Source: Candidatus Saccharimonadota bacterium (lineage in GTDB: Bacteria; Patescibacteriota; Saccharimonadia; Saccharimonadales; Saccharimonadaceae). Taken from it: 64,000 bases of DNA. The DNA is taken from contig CAJPQF010000001.1 of NCBI GenBank assembly GCA_905372855.1, positions 1,521 to 65,520 of the forward strand. Reading direction: 5' to 3'. This document shows positions 20,019 through 30,978 of the stretch, in pieces. Position 1 is the first letter of the stretch. Each line of letters starts with the position of its first letter. Made by a program: the position numbers and the translations under genes. Under the pieces are notes generated by a model. That model was not told where the DNA came from and did not search any database. It saw nothing but the letters and a program-made list of their open reading frames with translations.

Positions 20019-20597
20019 ATGATAGCTCATCTTTCTGGTGTAATCGCTGAAAAGTTTGGCGCGGGCAGCGTCGTGATTGACGTTCATGGCGTCGGTTACG
20101 AAGTTAGCGTGTCGACTGGTGATTTTGAGGCGGTGGTGCTGAATCAAGACGTCAAGTTTTATACCTACCACCATGTGCGCGAGCAGGCGGAAGAACTATT
20201 CGGTTTTTCTAGTTTGGCGGCAAAAAAGCTGTTTGAAATGCTGATTACTGTTCAGGGTGTCGGCCCAAAGGCCGCGTTAGCGATTCTCAGCTTGGGCGAT
20301 GCGGAACAGGTACGCAACGCCATTGCCAACGCTGACAGTGCTTTTGTGCAAAAAGCTGCTGGTATTGGCAAAAAAACTGCCGAGCGGGTGGTGGTTGACT
20401 TGAGTGATAAGGTTGGTTTGCCAACGCATTACGGTCGAGCGGACACCCCAGTCCAAACTGAATTGAATACTTCTGACGAAGCTTTAGAAGCGCTGATGGC
20501 GCTGGGCTACACTTTGGCTGATGCCACTAAGGCTCTGGAAAATGTTGACACTAATCTGCCGACGGCGCAGCGGGTGACGGAAGCGTTGAAGGGATAA
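20019..20597 (+). CDS. ruvA: RuvA
   Basis: VIDVHGVGYEV, VQGVGPKAAL, GIGKKTAERV, ALMALGY. Confidence 0.95.
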   Translation: MIAHLSGVIAEKFGAGSVVIDVHGVGYEVSVSTGDFEAVVLNQDVKFYTYHHVREQAEELFGFSSLAAKKLFEMLITVQGVGPKAALAILSLGDAEQVRNAIANADSAFVQKAAGIGKKTAERVVVDLSDKVGLPTHYGRADTPVQTELNTSDEALEALMALGYTLADATKALENVDTNLPTAQRVTEALKG

Positions 20598-20610
20598 AAC
20601 GGCTTAATCT

Positions 20611-21618
20611 ATGGCAATTCAAAGAATAGTCGATACTAGTCCGCACGATGATGCTGAGGAGCAGCGGATTGAAGTCAGTCTGCGTCCGCAGAGTTTTAGC
20701 GAGTATGTCGGTCAGGAGCGGTTGAAGCGTAATCTGCGGTTGGCAATTGAGGCGGCAAAGAAGCGCGGCGAGCCGCTGGATCATGTGCTGCTCTACGGCC
20801 CGCCAGGGCTGGGCAAGACGACGATGGCGACGGTGATCGCTAACGAGATGGGTACGAACCTGCGCATCACTAGCGGCCCGGCCATTGAAAAGGCGGGTGA
20901 TTTGGCGTCAATTTTGACCAATTTGGCAGACGGCGATATTTTGTTCATTGATGAGATTCATCGGCTCGGCCGGGCAGTGGAAGAGATTTTATATTCGGCC
21001 ATGGAAGATTTTAAGCTAGACATCGTCATCGGCAAAGGACCGGCAGCTCGGTCAATTCGGTTGGATTTACCGCGGTTTACGGTGATCGGCGCGACCACGC
21101 GGACGGGCAGTTTAGCGGCGCCGCTGCGCGATCGGTTCGGGCATATGTATCGGCTGGAGTTTTATGAACCAGGAGATATCGCTAAGATCGTAACTCGCAG
21201 CGCAGCCATTTTGGACTCGACCATCAAAGGCGAGGCTGCCGATTTGCTGTCGACTCGCGCTCGCCTGACACCGCGCATCGCTAATCGCCTGCTCAAGCGC
21301 GTGCGCGACTATGCCGACGTCAATGGTGATGGTATAATTGATGTGAAAACGACAACGAGTGCTTTGGAAATGCTGGAAGTGGACGAGCTGGGATTAGACC
21401 CAGCTGACCGCAATTTACTGCAATCAATCCTGGAAAATTATGGCGATAATCCCGTGGGACTAACAACCATTGCCGCCCTGACTGGCGACGAAGCAACGAC
21501 GATTGAGGATTTCTATGAGCCATATCTGCTGCAAATCGGCTTCATCGAGCGCACGCCGCGCGGCCGTCGGGTGACGATTAAGGCGAAGCGGCATCTCGGC
21601 AATACAGGGAATTTATAG
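20611..21618 (+). CDS. ruvB: RuvB
   Basis: [29 protein letters not shown]. Confidence 0.97.
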   Translation: MAIQRIVDTSPHDDAEEQRIEVSLRPQSFSEYVGQERLKRNLRLAIEAAKKRGEPLDHVLLYGPPGLGKTTMATVIANEMGTNLRITSGPAIEKAGDLASILTNLADGDILFIDEIHRLGRAVEEILYSAMEDFKLDIVIGKGPAARSIRLDLPRFTVIGATTRTGSLAAPLRDRFGHMYRLEFYEPGDIAKIVTRSAAILDSTIKGEAADLLSTRARLTPRIANRLLKRVRDYADVNGDGIIDVKTTTSALEMLEVDELGLDPADRNLLQSILENYGDNPVGLTTIAALTGDEATTIEDFYEPYLLQIGFIERTPRGRRVTIKAKRHLGNTGNL

Positions 21619-21650
21619 TATACTACAAGTAGTATAAACGAGGAGGTATC

Positions 21651-22427
21651 ATGGACGATGACGATAGCCGCAGACCAGTCGCTTACGACGCTGAAGGACG
21701 TCCGTTATACACAGCTTCGCAGCAGCAAGAGCAGGCTACTGGTACAGAATCGGCTGTGCAGCAGACCAACCCAGTATCAGTCACCGAATCTGGCAAGCAG
21801 GTCGTGCATGTGGCGCGCTCAACCGAGCCGATTCCGGTTCATATTTCCGAAGAGACCCGCCGCAAGCACGAGGAATCATGCCGCCTCTACCCGTGGCTTA
21901 ATCTCAGCGAGCATGAGTATGTCATTCAAATGATTCCGCGGCACAGCATTGGTATTTGGGGGCCGACATTTGCGATGATTCTTGCAATTATTTTGGTATC
22001 AGTTTTCATGTTTTGCTACCCTGATATTGCTAAGCCGATTGGCTTGGCGCAATCAATGTATCCGCAGGTTATTTTGATTTGCTTGATGGTGATTATTTTA
22101 TTCGGTATCGGTTTGTATATAGCGATTTGGGTATATATGCAAAATCGCTTTTTATTGACCAACGAAAGTGTTATTCAAGAAATTCAAATAAGCTTGTTTT
22201 CAAAACGCGAACAAACAGTTAGCCTGATGAATATCGAGGACTCTAGCTACTCGCAAAAAGGTATTCTACAAACTTTATTTAATTACGGCTCGATTCGGTT
22301 AAGTACCGAGGGCGACGAAACAACCTATCGCTTTAGCTATGTTGCTGATCCAAAAAACCAAGTAGCGGTTCTTAATAATGCCGTTGAGGCGTTCAAGAAT
22401 GGCCGCCCAGTTACGAATGATGATTAG
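21651..22427 (+). CDS. membrane protein with bacterial PH (bPH) domain
   Basis: 2 TM then LLTNE..I..Q.SLF..., QTLFNYGSIRL. Confidence 0.7.
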   Translation: MDDDDSRRPVAYDAEGRPLYTASQQQEQATGTESAVQQTNPVSVTESGKQVVHVARSTEPIPVHISEETRRKHEESCRLYPWLNLSEHEYVIQMIPRHSIGIWGPTFAMILAIILVSVFMFCYPDIAKPIGLAQSMYPQVILICLMVIILFGIGLYIAIWVYMQNRFLLTNESVIQEIQISLFSKREQTVSLMNIEDSSYSQKGILQTLFNYGSIRLSTEGDETTYRFSYVADPKNQVAVLNNAVEAFKNGRPVTNDD

Positions 22428-22431
22428 CTGA

Positions 22432-22830
22432 TTATTTCTTGTGATCGCGATTAGTCTTGGTGTAAGTATCTTCACGCTCCATTGAACTGCGCAGCGTGTA
22501 GCCAGTGCATAGATTTTCGTTATTGCAGCCTGTTGATTCGTAGACGTAGTTGCTGCCGCTGCTGCCAAGTTTTTTGCCTTTCGGATCAGTGAAAAGAGCA
22601 GGGTCGACGGTGCGCAGCGTTTTGCTGTCAATCGAAGCCGGATAATAGCCGTTTTTAGCGTAGAAATACTCTTCCAATCCGTAATACATCGCGTTGATAG
22701 CGACTTTACGCTGATTGTCGCGAGCAGTGGCATCGATAGTTGCTTTTTCATTAAAAAATAGCCAGCTGCCAACTCCAAGTAAAACTATCACCAGTAAAAG
22801 TTCAATAACTGTGAAGCCGTTTTGTTTCAT
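22432..22830 (-). CDS. type IV prepilin
   Basis: MKQNG|FTVIELLLV class III signal peptide; C-terminal Cys pair. Confidence 0.9.
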   Translation of the reverse strand: MKQNGFTVIELLLVIVLLGVGSWLFFNEKATIDATARDNQRKVAINAMYYGLEEYFYAKNGYYPASIDSKTLRTVDPALFTDPKGKKLGSSGSNYVYESTGCNNENLCTGYTLRSSMEREDTYTKTNRDHKK

Positions 22831-22897
22831 ATTTACCATTATACCAAAAACTGCGTCGCTCATGTATAATTAAAGATATCAGCAAGAAAGGGGAGAT

Positions 22898-23941
22898 ATG
22901 GCGAAGAAAAGCGAACCAAAAACATCTGCAGATAAGCCAGCGGCTGACGACGGCAAGTTAAAGGCGTTGGGTTTGGCGATGGAGCAGATTACCAAGCAGT
23001 TTGGCGACGGCTCAATCATGAAGCTAGGAGAGGCTAAAAAAGTTGATGTCGAGCTATTGCCAAGCGGTAGTCTGAGCTTAGATTTGGCGCTGGGCGGCGG
23101 TTATCCGAAAGGTCGAATTATCGAGATTTATGGTCCAGAGTCGAGTGGTAAGACAACCTTGACGCTGCATGCTATCGCCGAAATGCAAAAACAAGGCGGG
23201 ACGGCAGCTTTTATTGATGCTGAGCATGCACTTGATCCAGCATATGCTAAACGGCTTGGCGTTGACACTGATAATTTGTTAGTATCGCAGCCTGACAACG
23301 GCGAGCAAGCGCTGGAAATTGTCGAAACGCTTGTGCGCTCAAATGCCGTTGACCTAATAGTAGTTGATTCAGTAGCAGCGTTGGTGCCGCAAGCTGAAAT
23401 CGACGGTGACATGGGTGATTCGCACATGGGTTTGCAAGCGCGATTAATGAGCCAAGCACTACGTAAATTAACCGGTATTATTAACAAATCAAAGGCTACA
23501 GTAATCTTTATTAATCAAATCCGCATGAAAATCGGCGTGATGTTTGGCAACCCCGAGACAACTACTGGCGGTAATGCGCTTAAGTTTTACGCATCAGTTA
23601 GGGCAGACATTCGCCGAATTGGGCAAATCAAGGACGGTGATGAGATCCGCGGTAACCGCACGCGCGTCAAGATCGTCAAGAACAAGATTGCGCCGCCGTT
23701 CCGTACGGCTGAGTTTGATATCATGTATAACGAGGGTATCAGCAAAACGGGTGATGTTGTCGATCTGGGTGTTCAGTACGGAATCTTGAGTAAATCTGGA
23801 GCGTTTTATAAGTATAATGATGCAACAATCGGCCAAGGTCGCGAAGCTACTAAAAAATACTTAAAAGAAAATCCAGAAGTCCTGGCCGAGGTTGACGCTA
23901 AAGTTCGCGAAAAGGTTGCCGAACCAGAACCGAAAGATTAG
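22898..23941 (+). CDS. recA: recombinase RecA
   Basis: [25 protein letters not shown]. Confidence 0.98.
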   Translation: MAKKSEPKTSADKPAADDGKLKALGLAMEQITKQFGDGSIMKLGEAKKVDVELLPSGSLSLDLALGGGYPKGRIIEIYGPESSGKTTLTLHAIAEMQKQGGTAAFIDAEHALDPAYAKRLGVDTDNLLVSQPDNGEQALEIVETLVRSNAVDLIVVDSVAALVPQAEIDGDMGDSHMGLQARLMSQALRKLTGIINKSKATVIFINQIRMKIGVMFGNPETTTGGNALKFYASVRADIRRIGQIKDGDEIRGNRTRVKIVKNKIAPPFRTAEFDIMYNEGISKTGDVVDLGVQYGILSKSGAFYKYNDATIGQGREATKKYLKENPEVLAEVDAKVREKVAEPEPKD

Positions 23942-24081
23942 AAGTAAAAAGAAAACAGCCCGCTAGAAGTGTATTCAGTCTAACTTTAGAGGTGCGGTAT
24001 ATTTGAATACTCTGATAATTTATGCGAACCATAGCAGCTTGCTAGTCGGTAAATGGCCGCTTTTTCAGCTATAATAATGAT

Positions 24082-24756
24082 ATGGCCCAGCAGCAAGAAC
24101 GATATACTGTGACGGCGCTTTCACCGCAAGTCCGCGATTCGGATCGCGTCAACGTGTATATTGATGACAAATATGATTTTAGCCTGGATATTTCACAGGT
24201 TGTTGATCTCGGGATTAAGGCTGGCCAGGTTTTATCGAAAGAGGAGCTAGCTAGCCTCAAGCAGGAAAGCGAATTCGGCAAGCTGTATGCTCGCACTCTT
24301 GAATATGTATTGATGCGGCCGCGCAGTAGCAGTGAAGTGCGCGATTATCTTTACCGCAAAACATTGGCTCGTAAATATAAAAATAGAAAAACTGGTAAGT
24401 TAGCGGAAAAACCAGGTGTCGCTAAAACTGTGGCGGAGCGTGTTTTTGCGAAGTTGCAAGCACGCGGTTATATTGACGATCAGAAATTTGCTAACTGGTG
24501 GGTTGAGAATCGACATCAGGTTAAAGGCGTATCTATGCGAAAACTGCGTAGCGAATTGGCGGCAAAAGGTATAGCACAAACAATCATTGATTCGGTAATC
24601 GCAGATTCGTCGCGTAATGATCTCGGCGAGCTGGTTAAAGTTATTGCTAAAAAACGCCGGCTTTACTCTGATGAGCAAAAGTTCATGCAATATCTAGCGC
24701 GCCAGGGATTTAGCTTTGATGATATCAAAACCGCTTTGCGCCGAGAAGATTACTAA
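24082..24756 (+). CDS. recX: RecX family regulator
   Basis: Follows recA; RPRSSSEVRDYL, GYIDDQKFA, YLARQGFS. Confidence 0.85.
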   Translation: MAQQQERYTVTALSPQVRDSDRVNVYIDDKYDFSLDISQVVDLGIKAGQVLSKEELASLKQESEFGKLYARTLEYVLMRPRSSSEVRDYLYRKTLARKYKNRKTGKLAEKPGVAKTVAERVFAKLQARGYIDDQKFANWWVENRHQVKGVSMRKLRSELAAKGIAQTIIDSVIADSSRNDLGELVKVIAKKRRLYSDEQKFMQYLARQGFSFDDIKTALRREDY

Positions 24757-25331
24757 TCAATATCCGAATTCTGTCGAGCCTGCTTTGGTTTGCGGAACGG
24801 ATTGATGTAGCTACCGACTACTTCGTGAAGTTCTGGCTCAGGGGCTTTAGCTTGGGAATGAACAACAATTGAATCGTTATTAATCTCGATAATCTGGCTG
24901 CGATGTACCAAAATCTCAGTATCATTGAAACTACGCAGTAGCGGCCGCTTGACCGACAGCTGCATAATAAGAAACTGCGTGGTATCTATTGTGAAGTCGA
25001 TGACTTTACCAAGTTTATGGCGTTTTTCGTCCAGCACCAGTTTGCCAATAATATCGAATTTTAGCTGATATATATTATTAATGCGTACAACATCGTCTGG
25101 AGCTGTAAATTGGTCGATGTCGTCGACAATGAAGCCCATATTACTCAGTTCGCGCACATCGCTAAGCAGCATTAACGCAGGATGGTTTTGAATTAATGGC
25201 CCTGACACTTCAAAGGCGACAATTTGCAGATTGGCAGGATTGATGATCGCGCGGGTTGTCCGCGCTACCTTGCTGCCAGTTTGAATACTGAATATTTCTG
25301 CATTGAGTACCGCTGAACCGAGCAAAATCAT
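24753..25331 (-). CDS. tandem PRC-barrel protein
   Basis: IIGKLVLDEKRHKLGKVIDFTID pattern. Confidence 0.65.
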   Translation of the reverse strand: MILLGSAVLNAEIFSIQTGSKVARTTRAIINPANLQIVAFEVSGPLIQNHPALMLLSDVRELSNMGFIVDDIDQFTAPDDVVRINNIYQLKFDIIGKLVLDEKRHKLGKVIDFTIDTTQFLIMQLSVKRPLLRSFNDTEILVHRSQIIEINNDSIVVHSQAKAPEPELHEVVGSYINPFRKPKQARQNSDID

Positions 25332-25334
25332 AGA

Positions 25335-25610
25335 CTAAAACGGGTTTGTCCTATCGTTGGCTGGCGGCGGCGTGCTCGGTGCATTGCCAGCTGATTTTAG
25401 CTTGCGGATGCGTTTGATGGTAGTATCATCAAAACTAGCGGAGGTGCTAGCTTGCGGTTCTTCTGCTGGCGTAGTGAGTGTTTGGTAGAGTAGGATGGTA
25501 GCAACTGACAATCCGCCGGCAGCTAACATGAAAAACAATAAAAAGTGATACCGGCCAAAGAATTTAGCTGTCTTTGCGCCGAGAATGCGAAATGCGTCTG
25601 AGACTTCCAT
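25335..25610 (-). CDS. small membrane protein of the pil operon
   Basis: One TM, ends RTNPF; coupled to upstream pil genes. Confidence 0.65.
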   Translation of the reverse strand: MEVSDAFRILGAKTAKFFGRYHFLLFFMLAAGGLSVATILLYQTLTTPAEEPQASTSASFDDTTIKRIRKLKSAGNAPSTPPPANDRTNPF

Positions 25611-26218
25611 TATTTTGTATATACCTCCAGAGTTAGTGCGCTAACTGTGATGCCGTTGTTGTCGTCTTTGGCTAAGGCCAGGTTAGAAATTTGCATCCGG
25701 AAAAGCCCTTGTTCTAAAGAGCGCAAGAAAATGTATGCCTGCTCATAAGATACCGGATTACTCAAGTTAACAGTAGCGGTAACCGATTTGAAGCCGTCTG
25801 GCGCCGGTTTTTTAGTGTTCTTGGCGGTACTCGATGACGATGAGCTTGATGAGCTACTGGATTTACTTTCATTTGCTGAAAAATCGATTGAAGCGATTTT
25901 AATACCAGCGCTATTTGCGTGATTTTCGATGTCGCTGACAATTTGATCTTGATAATGATATTTCTTGCTGGTCGAAACGATTTGTTCAGCGCGTTTTACG
26001 TCGTTTTTGCTGTTGTCTAGTTTCGATTTGAGGCTTGAAAGGGCTTGTAATTCGTTGCTAGAGGCTTGTGCTTCGGTATTGAGTTTGCGGGTTTCCTCTG
26101 CATATTTAACAATCTCTTGGTGTCCGAAGACGAAACTGCCTGCGCCCGCCGCCGCAATAACTAGTAAACTGACGATAAGCAAAATGCGGAATGTAGTTGG
26201 TTTTAGAACGAATTTCAT
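25610..26218 (-). CDS. PilO-like protein
   Basis: TM + coiled coil + SYEQAYIFLRSLEQ..RMQISNL; position after pilMN. Confidence 0.7.
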   Translation of the reverse strand: MKFVLKPTTFRILLIVSLLVIAAAGAGSFVFGHQEIVKYAEETRKLNTEAQASSNELQALSSLKSKLDNSKNDVKRAEQIVSTSKKYHYQDQIVSDIENHANSAGIKIASIDFSANESKSSSSSSSSSSSTAKNTKKPAPDGFKSVTATVNLSNPVSYEQAYIFLRSLEQGLFRMQISNLALAKDDNNGITVSALTLEVYTK

Positions 26219-26781
26219 GGCAGTACCTTCTTTGAATAGATTACAGTGTAATTTGCCTGAAATGTATTGTCGCCAATTTCGTGCGTAGCGTTTGATAGGC
26301 TAACACTGTCAAAAACTTTAACTTTGTTGATAGACGTCTCTTGCAAGCTATTTTTGACTTCAATGGCTTGCGCGTACGAACTGACGTGGGTTTGAATTTG
26401 CACAGAAGCAGTTCCAAAAGTCGTCGGGTCGATTGATATGCCAGTGAGCGAAGCGCCGTTTGGCAACCTCCTGGCAATCGCATTTAGAATATCAGTATAT
26501 GGCGCTTGAGTGTCAAGAATGTATTTTGCTACCCGCAGGTTAGAACGATACTTTTCGGCATCGCTCTTGACCGAGCTGAAGGCTGAAGATTTACTTTGAT
26601 TGTCATTTATGGTTTCTCTACTGGCAGACTGGTTGAATACTAGCATAAAATAAGAGCTGATTAGTTCAACTACGATAATCACAACAACTATCAGCGACAT
26701 GACAACATAACGCATCAAAATTGAGTTAGCCCGGGCGGCCTTAATTTGCTTGCGTTCTTCGGGTGAAAGTAGGTTGATCAT
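26215..26781 (-). CDS. pilN: PilN-like protein
   Basis: MINLLS N-terminal PilM-binding motif, TM segment. Confidence 0.8.
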   Translation of the reverse strand: MINLLSPEERKQIKAARANSILMRYVVMSLIVVVIIVVELISSYFMLVFNQSASRETINDNQSKSSAFSSVKSDAEKYRSNLRVAKYILDTQAPYTDILNAIARRLPNGASLTGISIDPTTFGTASVQIQTHVSSYAQAIEVKNSLQETSINKVKVFDSVSLSNATHEIGDNTFQANYTVIYSKKVLP

Positions 26782-27836
26782 TTTTTTACCTCCGATGGCC
26801 GTACGCTAGCCAGACCAGCGACGGTGATATAACGCGGACGAAACTGGCGGTGCGGTTTCTCAAGCGACCCGAAATCAAGATCTTGCCACGGGCTAGCGAC
26901 GCGGGCCGGTAAAATGAAAGCGTTAGTAAAGTATTCGCCGATACCTGGCATGTTTGCACCGCCGCCAACGATAAGAATTTGCTCGATTTTTTTATCCTCC
27001 GAAATACGTTCGCTGTAGTAACGGATGACCTTCTTGGCTTCTCCGACGATACGACCGAGGCTTGGTTTGAGGGCGGCTTCAATTTTGTCATGATCATCGC
27101 TTTGTCCGAGGCCGTTGAGGACTTTATACTGGTGAGCTTTTTCTAGCGACACTTGCATTTTACTAGCGATATCTAGAGTGAAGTTATTGCCGCCGACATT
27201 AGCCGAACCGGTAATGAGAATCGCTGAATCTTCCAGGACGGCAATATCGGTACTGGTGGCGCCGACGTCGATAACTAGCGTGGTACGATTGCCTTCCTCG
27301 GTTTTGGTCAGGATGCGGGCGACCGCATTCATGCTCGGTTCAACGGCAACTGGACGCAGATCGACTTCCTTGGCGACTTGCGTAACTGCATCAACCAGTG
27401 CGCGCGGTGCGGCCGAGACGACAACCATCAGGGTCTCTTTGGTGCGCTTAATAATTTCGTAGTCAGTGTATAACGAGTCTGACGGTACTGGTATATAGCG
27501 TTCGACTTCTAGCTGGGCAGCGCTGGCAATATGCTTTTCTTCGCTTGCTGGCAGAGTAAAGGTGCGCGAATAAGTGCGGCTCGTCGGCAAGCCAATTACT
27601 ACGTGGTTAGAAGGCAGAGAGCCGATAATGCGATCTCGAAACATATTGGCTATGTGCTCGCGCAGATACTCGTGGTCGTCGGTGTCGAGCGCTTCCTGTG
27701 TCTTAACCGGGTCAAGATCGACTGAGCCGTAGCCGCGAACGTCAGCGTGTTTCTGGTTGATGGCCATGACTTTAACACCAGTATAATTGATGTCGAGCCC
27801 GATGATCGGTTTGTCTTTGAAAAATAGTTTTACCAT
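26778..27836 (-). CDS. pilM: type IV pilus assembly protein PilM
   Basis: IIGLDI, VIDVGATST, VGGGA actin-like motifs. Confidence 0.9.
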   Translation of the reverse strand: MVKLFFKDKPIIGLDINYTGVKVMAINQKHADVRGYGSVDLDPVKTQEALDTDDHEYLREHIANMFRDRIIGSLPSNHVVIGLPTSRTYSRTFTLPASEEKHIASAAQLEVERYIPVPSDSLYTDYEIIKRTKETLMVVVSAAPRALVDAVTQVAKEVDLRPVAVEPSMNAVARILTKTEEGNRTTLVIDVGATSTDIAVLEDSAILITGSANVGGNNFTLDIASKMQVSLEKAHQYKVLNGLGQSDDHDKIEAALKPSLGRIVGEAKKVIRYYSERISEDKKIEQILIVGGGANMPGIGEYFTNAFILPARVASPWQDLDFGSLEKPHRQFRPRYITVAGLASVRPSEVKK

Positions 27837-27871
27837 GGATGCCCTTTTCTATATACAGTATAGCATAAGTT

Positions 27872-29098
27872 TTATTGTTTAATACTCGTTGATAAGCCAG
27901 CAATTGGCATCATAACGCTGGCGGCAATTAGCCCCACCATGCCACCCATCAGCACGATCATTACCGGTTCAATAATTGAGCCGATACTATCGATGGCGAC
28001 ATCAACTTCTTCTTCGTAAAAGTCGGCTACTTTGACTAGTACGACGTCGGTTTGGCCAGTTTCTTCGCCGACAGCTAGCATCTGCGAGACGATTGGCGGG
28101 AATAATCCAGTTTTTTCGATGATTGTTGATAAGTTTTTGCCGTTTTCGACTTCCTTGGCAGCTTTTAGCAGAGCTTCCTCGTAAACAACATTGCCGACTG
28201 AGTGCGAGGTGACTTCGAGCGATTCTAGAACAGCTGCGCCAGACCCCATGAGCGCCGAAAACGTACGAGCAAAGCGGGCGACAGCTACTTTCTGAATAAT
28301 GCTACTAATAGCTGGTATCTTGAGGACAAAACGGTGAAAAGTGTGTTTGCCAGCTGTAGTATTCAGCCAGCGCCGCAAGAAGTAAACGATAGCGATTAGT
28401 ACTGGTATCAGCAAGTATCCTTTAGTCGTCAAAAAACCGCTAATTGACAGCATCACTTGAGTCAGAGCTGGCAATTCGGCATCTTCGCCGCCAAACCCTT
28501 TAATCATTTCGCCGATTTGCGGGATGACAAACACCATTAAAACCAGGAAAGCAACAATTGTGATAACCAGCAAAACTAGCGGGTAAGTCATCGCTCCTTT
28601 AATTTTTTTGCGGATGCCAGCGCTTTTTTCTTGCTGAATAGCTAGGCGCCTAAGGATATCGTCAAGAATACCGCCAGCTTCGCCAGCACGCACCATATTG
28701 ACATAAACATCGTTAAAAGTAGCTGGATGTTTGCTCAGGGCATCGGCTAGCTGCATACCAGATTGGACGTCTTTAATGATGTCGCCAAGGACTGCCTTGA
28801 GGGCTGGACTATCAGTGTGATCATGTTGTGAAGAAAGTGCTCGCAGCAACGGCACACCAGCACTAACCATGGCGCTCATCTGGCGGGTGAACATCACGAT
28901 GTCGTCGGTTTTAACTTTTTTCTTACCGCCGCCAAAACTAATACTGGCTAGTCCTTTCTTTTCAAGCGAGTCAATACTGAGCGGTGACAAGCCTTGCTTG
29001 GTTAGAGCAGATAAAGCTCCAGGCCGATCGCTAGCCTCGATGTTGCCTTGGATGACATCGCCAGACTTATTAGTTGCGACATAAGAGAAAGATGCCAT
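27872..29098 (-). CDS. pilC: type IV pilus platform protein PilC (GspF family)
   Basis: FTRQMSAMVSAGVPL, AGEAGG, AMTYP, VGEETG, IEP. Confidence 0.92.
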   Translation of the reverse strand: MASFSYVATNKSGDVIQGNIEASDRPGALSALTKQGLSPLSIDSLEKKGLASISFGGGKKKVKTDDIVMFTRQMSAMVSAGVPLLRALSSQHDHTDSPALKAVLGDIIKDVQSGMQLADALSKHPATFNDVYVNMVRAGEAGGILDDILRRLAIQQEKSAGIRKKIKGAMTYPLVLLVITIVAFLVLMVFVIPQIGEMIKGFGGEDAELPALTQVMLSISGFLTTKGYLLIPVLIAIVYFLRRWLNTTAGKHTFHRFVLKIPAISSIIQKVAVARFARTFSALMGSGAAVLESLEVTSHSVGNVVYEEALLKAAKEVENGKNLSTIIEKTGLFPPIVSQMLAVGEETGQTDVVLVKVADFYEEEVDVAIDSIGSIIEPVMIVLMGGMVGLIAASVMMPIAGLSTSIKQ

Positions 29099-30882
29099 TA
29101 GGATTCCCTCGTGACACGCAACACTTCGTCGAGCGTCGTGTTGCCGCGTAATGTTTTAACTAATCCATCAGATTGCATCGTAATCATACCCTCCTCGATT
29201 GCTTGATCTTGAATTTGGTTGCTAGTAGCGTCAGAAGTAATCATCTTTTGAATGGCGCGCGACATACCCAGTACTTCGTAGATACCGACGCGCCCCTTGA
29301 AGCCGACGTGTCCGCACTCGTCGCAGCCGCCTGGGTGCGCTCGCCAGAGGGTGCGAATAGTAGTCTCGTCGGTGCCAGCTGGTGTGTCGCCGCCGACTTT
29401 TTGCTCGATGGCTTGTAATTCTAGATCATGAATATGTGTAAACGTTTGGTCTGGACGCAGATTGAATAGCGAGACTATTTCGTTGATTTCGTCTGGCGTC
29501 GGTACGTATTGTTCGCGGCAGTTCATGCACAGTCGTCGTACTAAGCGCTGCCCAACGACTGCTTTGACTGTTGAAGCGATCAAAAATGGTTCAATTCCCA
29601 TATCTAGTAGGCGTGGCAAACAGGTCGCCGCATTGTTGGTATGTAAGGTTGAAAATACCAAGTGCCCGGTCAGTGCTGCCTGCACGCCTAGATTGGCGGT
29701 CTCGCCGTCACGAATCTCACCGACCATGATGATATTCGGGTCTTGGCGCAGCAAGGCTCTTAGTCCCGAAGCGAAGGTCATACCAGCTTTGGCGTTGGTC
29801 TGAGTTTGGTTGACGCCGGGAATTTTGTATTCGACTGGATCCTCGATAGTCGAGATATTAACTTCCGGTGTATTTAGCATAGATAGTACTGAAAATAAGG
29901 AAGTTGATTTGCCGCTACCAGTTGGCCCGGTTACTAGAATCATACCGTTTGGTTCGGCAATAGCGTTATTTATGATGGCTAGCGATCTGCCCCAATAACC
30001 AAGCTGCTGCAACGTAATTGCTTGGTTGGATTCGTCGAGAATGCGCATGACGACTTTCTCGCCGTCGGTAATTGGCAGGGTACTAACGCGCAAGGCGTAT
30101 TGTTTACCAGCAACTTTGATTTTGAAGCGTCCGTCTTGCGGCACTCGTCGCTCGTCAATCTTGAGGTTGGATAAAATCTTAATGCGGCTGACTAGTGCAT
30201 TTAGCACGTTGCGCGGTAATTGATTGACTTCTTTGAGGACGCCGTCGATGCGGTAGCGTACTTGCACGAAATTCTCACGCGGCTCGATGTGAATATCTGA
30301 GGCCTGAGAACGGATAGCATATTCTAACAGCAAATTAACGGTTTGGGCGATTGGCGAATCCTCGGCAACATCAGCTTCGGAGACTTTCTGATCCGAGCCG
30401 TCATCTTCGCGCTGCACGTCAATGACTTCATTGAGCTCTTGATTGACATCGCCGCGATAATTTTCTAAACATTGCAAGATATTAGAATGCGGCGCGATAT
30501 AAATTTTAGTATTACTGCCGATTTCTTTCTCAATGAAATTAGTAGCCAGCACATCATCTGGATCGTCCATCGCCAAGTGCATAGTGCCATCTTCGTCGAT
30601 TTGAAAAATCACAGCATTGTATTGGCGGGCGATACGCTCTGGAATACGATTAAGCACTTCAGCTGGAATGTCGCGCGGATCGACCTCAACGTAGGGTATG
30701 TCGGTGTATTGTGCAAAAAGCTTTGTTAAATCAGTCTCAGATATTAGTTTCGAGTCTAGTACAATATTTTGCAGCGGTCGCGAAGAACGTTCTGCCTCTT
30801 CTATTAGCGGCTTGAGAGTTTCTTCTGTCGCAACATTATTACGCGTCAGAATTTTGACTAGAGTATTATTTAGGATCCTCAT
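29098..30882 (-). CDS. pilB: type IV pilus assembly ATPase PilB (GspE family)
   Basis: ASDIHIEP, GPTGSGKS, LRQDPNIIMVGEIRD, CxxC..CxxC. Confidence 0.93.
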   Translation of the reverse strand: MRILNNTLVKILTRNNVATEETLKPLIEEAERSSRPLQNIVLDSKLISETDLTKLFAQYTDIPYVEVDPRDIPAEVLNRIPERIARQYNAVIFQIDEDGTMHLAMDDPDDVLATNFIEKEIGSNTKIYIAPHSNILQCLENYRGDVNQELNEVIDVQREDDGSDQKVSEADVAEDSPIAQTVNLLLEYAIRSQASDIHIEPRENFVQVRYRIDGVLKEVNQLPRNVLNALVSRIKILSNLKIDERRVPQDGRFKIKVAGKQYALRVSTLPITDGEKVVMRILDESNQAITLQQLGYWGRSLAIINNAIAEPNGMILVTGPTGSGKSTSLFSVLSMLNTPEVNISTIEDPVEYKIPGVNQTQTNAKAGMTFASGLRALLRQDPNIIMVGEIRDGETANLGVQAALTGHLVFSTLHTNNAATCLPRLLDMGIEPFLIASTVKAVVGQRLVRRLCMNCREQYVPTPDEINEIVSLFNLRPDQTFTHIHDLELQAIEQKVGGDTPAGTDETTIRTLWRAHPGGCDECGHVGFKGRVGIYEVLGMSRAIQKMITSDATSNQIQDQAIEEGMITMQSDGLVKTLRGNTTLDEVLRVTRES

Positions 30883-30978
30883 AATTCTTATGCTAATTGT
30901 AGCGCATTTTATTTGGAAAAGCTATCATTGCAGCGCGGATTGGTAAAGGATGGTCAAATCGAGTATAATAACAGAGAT

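Noticed and set aside
22844..22897. LexA (SOS) box upstream of recA
   Set aside because: No GAAC-N4-GTTC or CTG-N10-CAG palindrome visible
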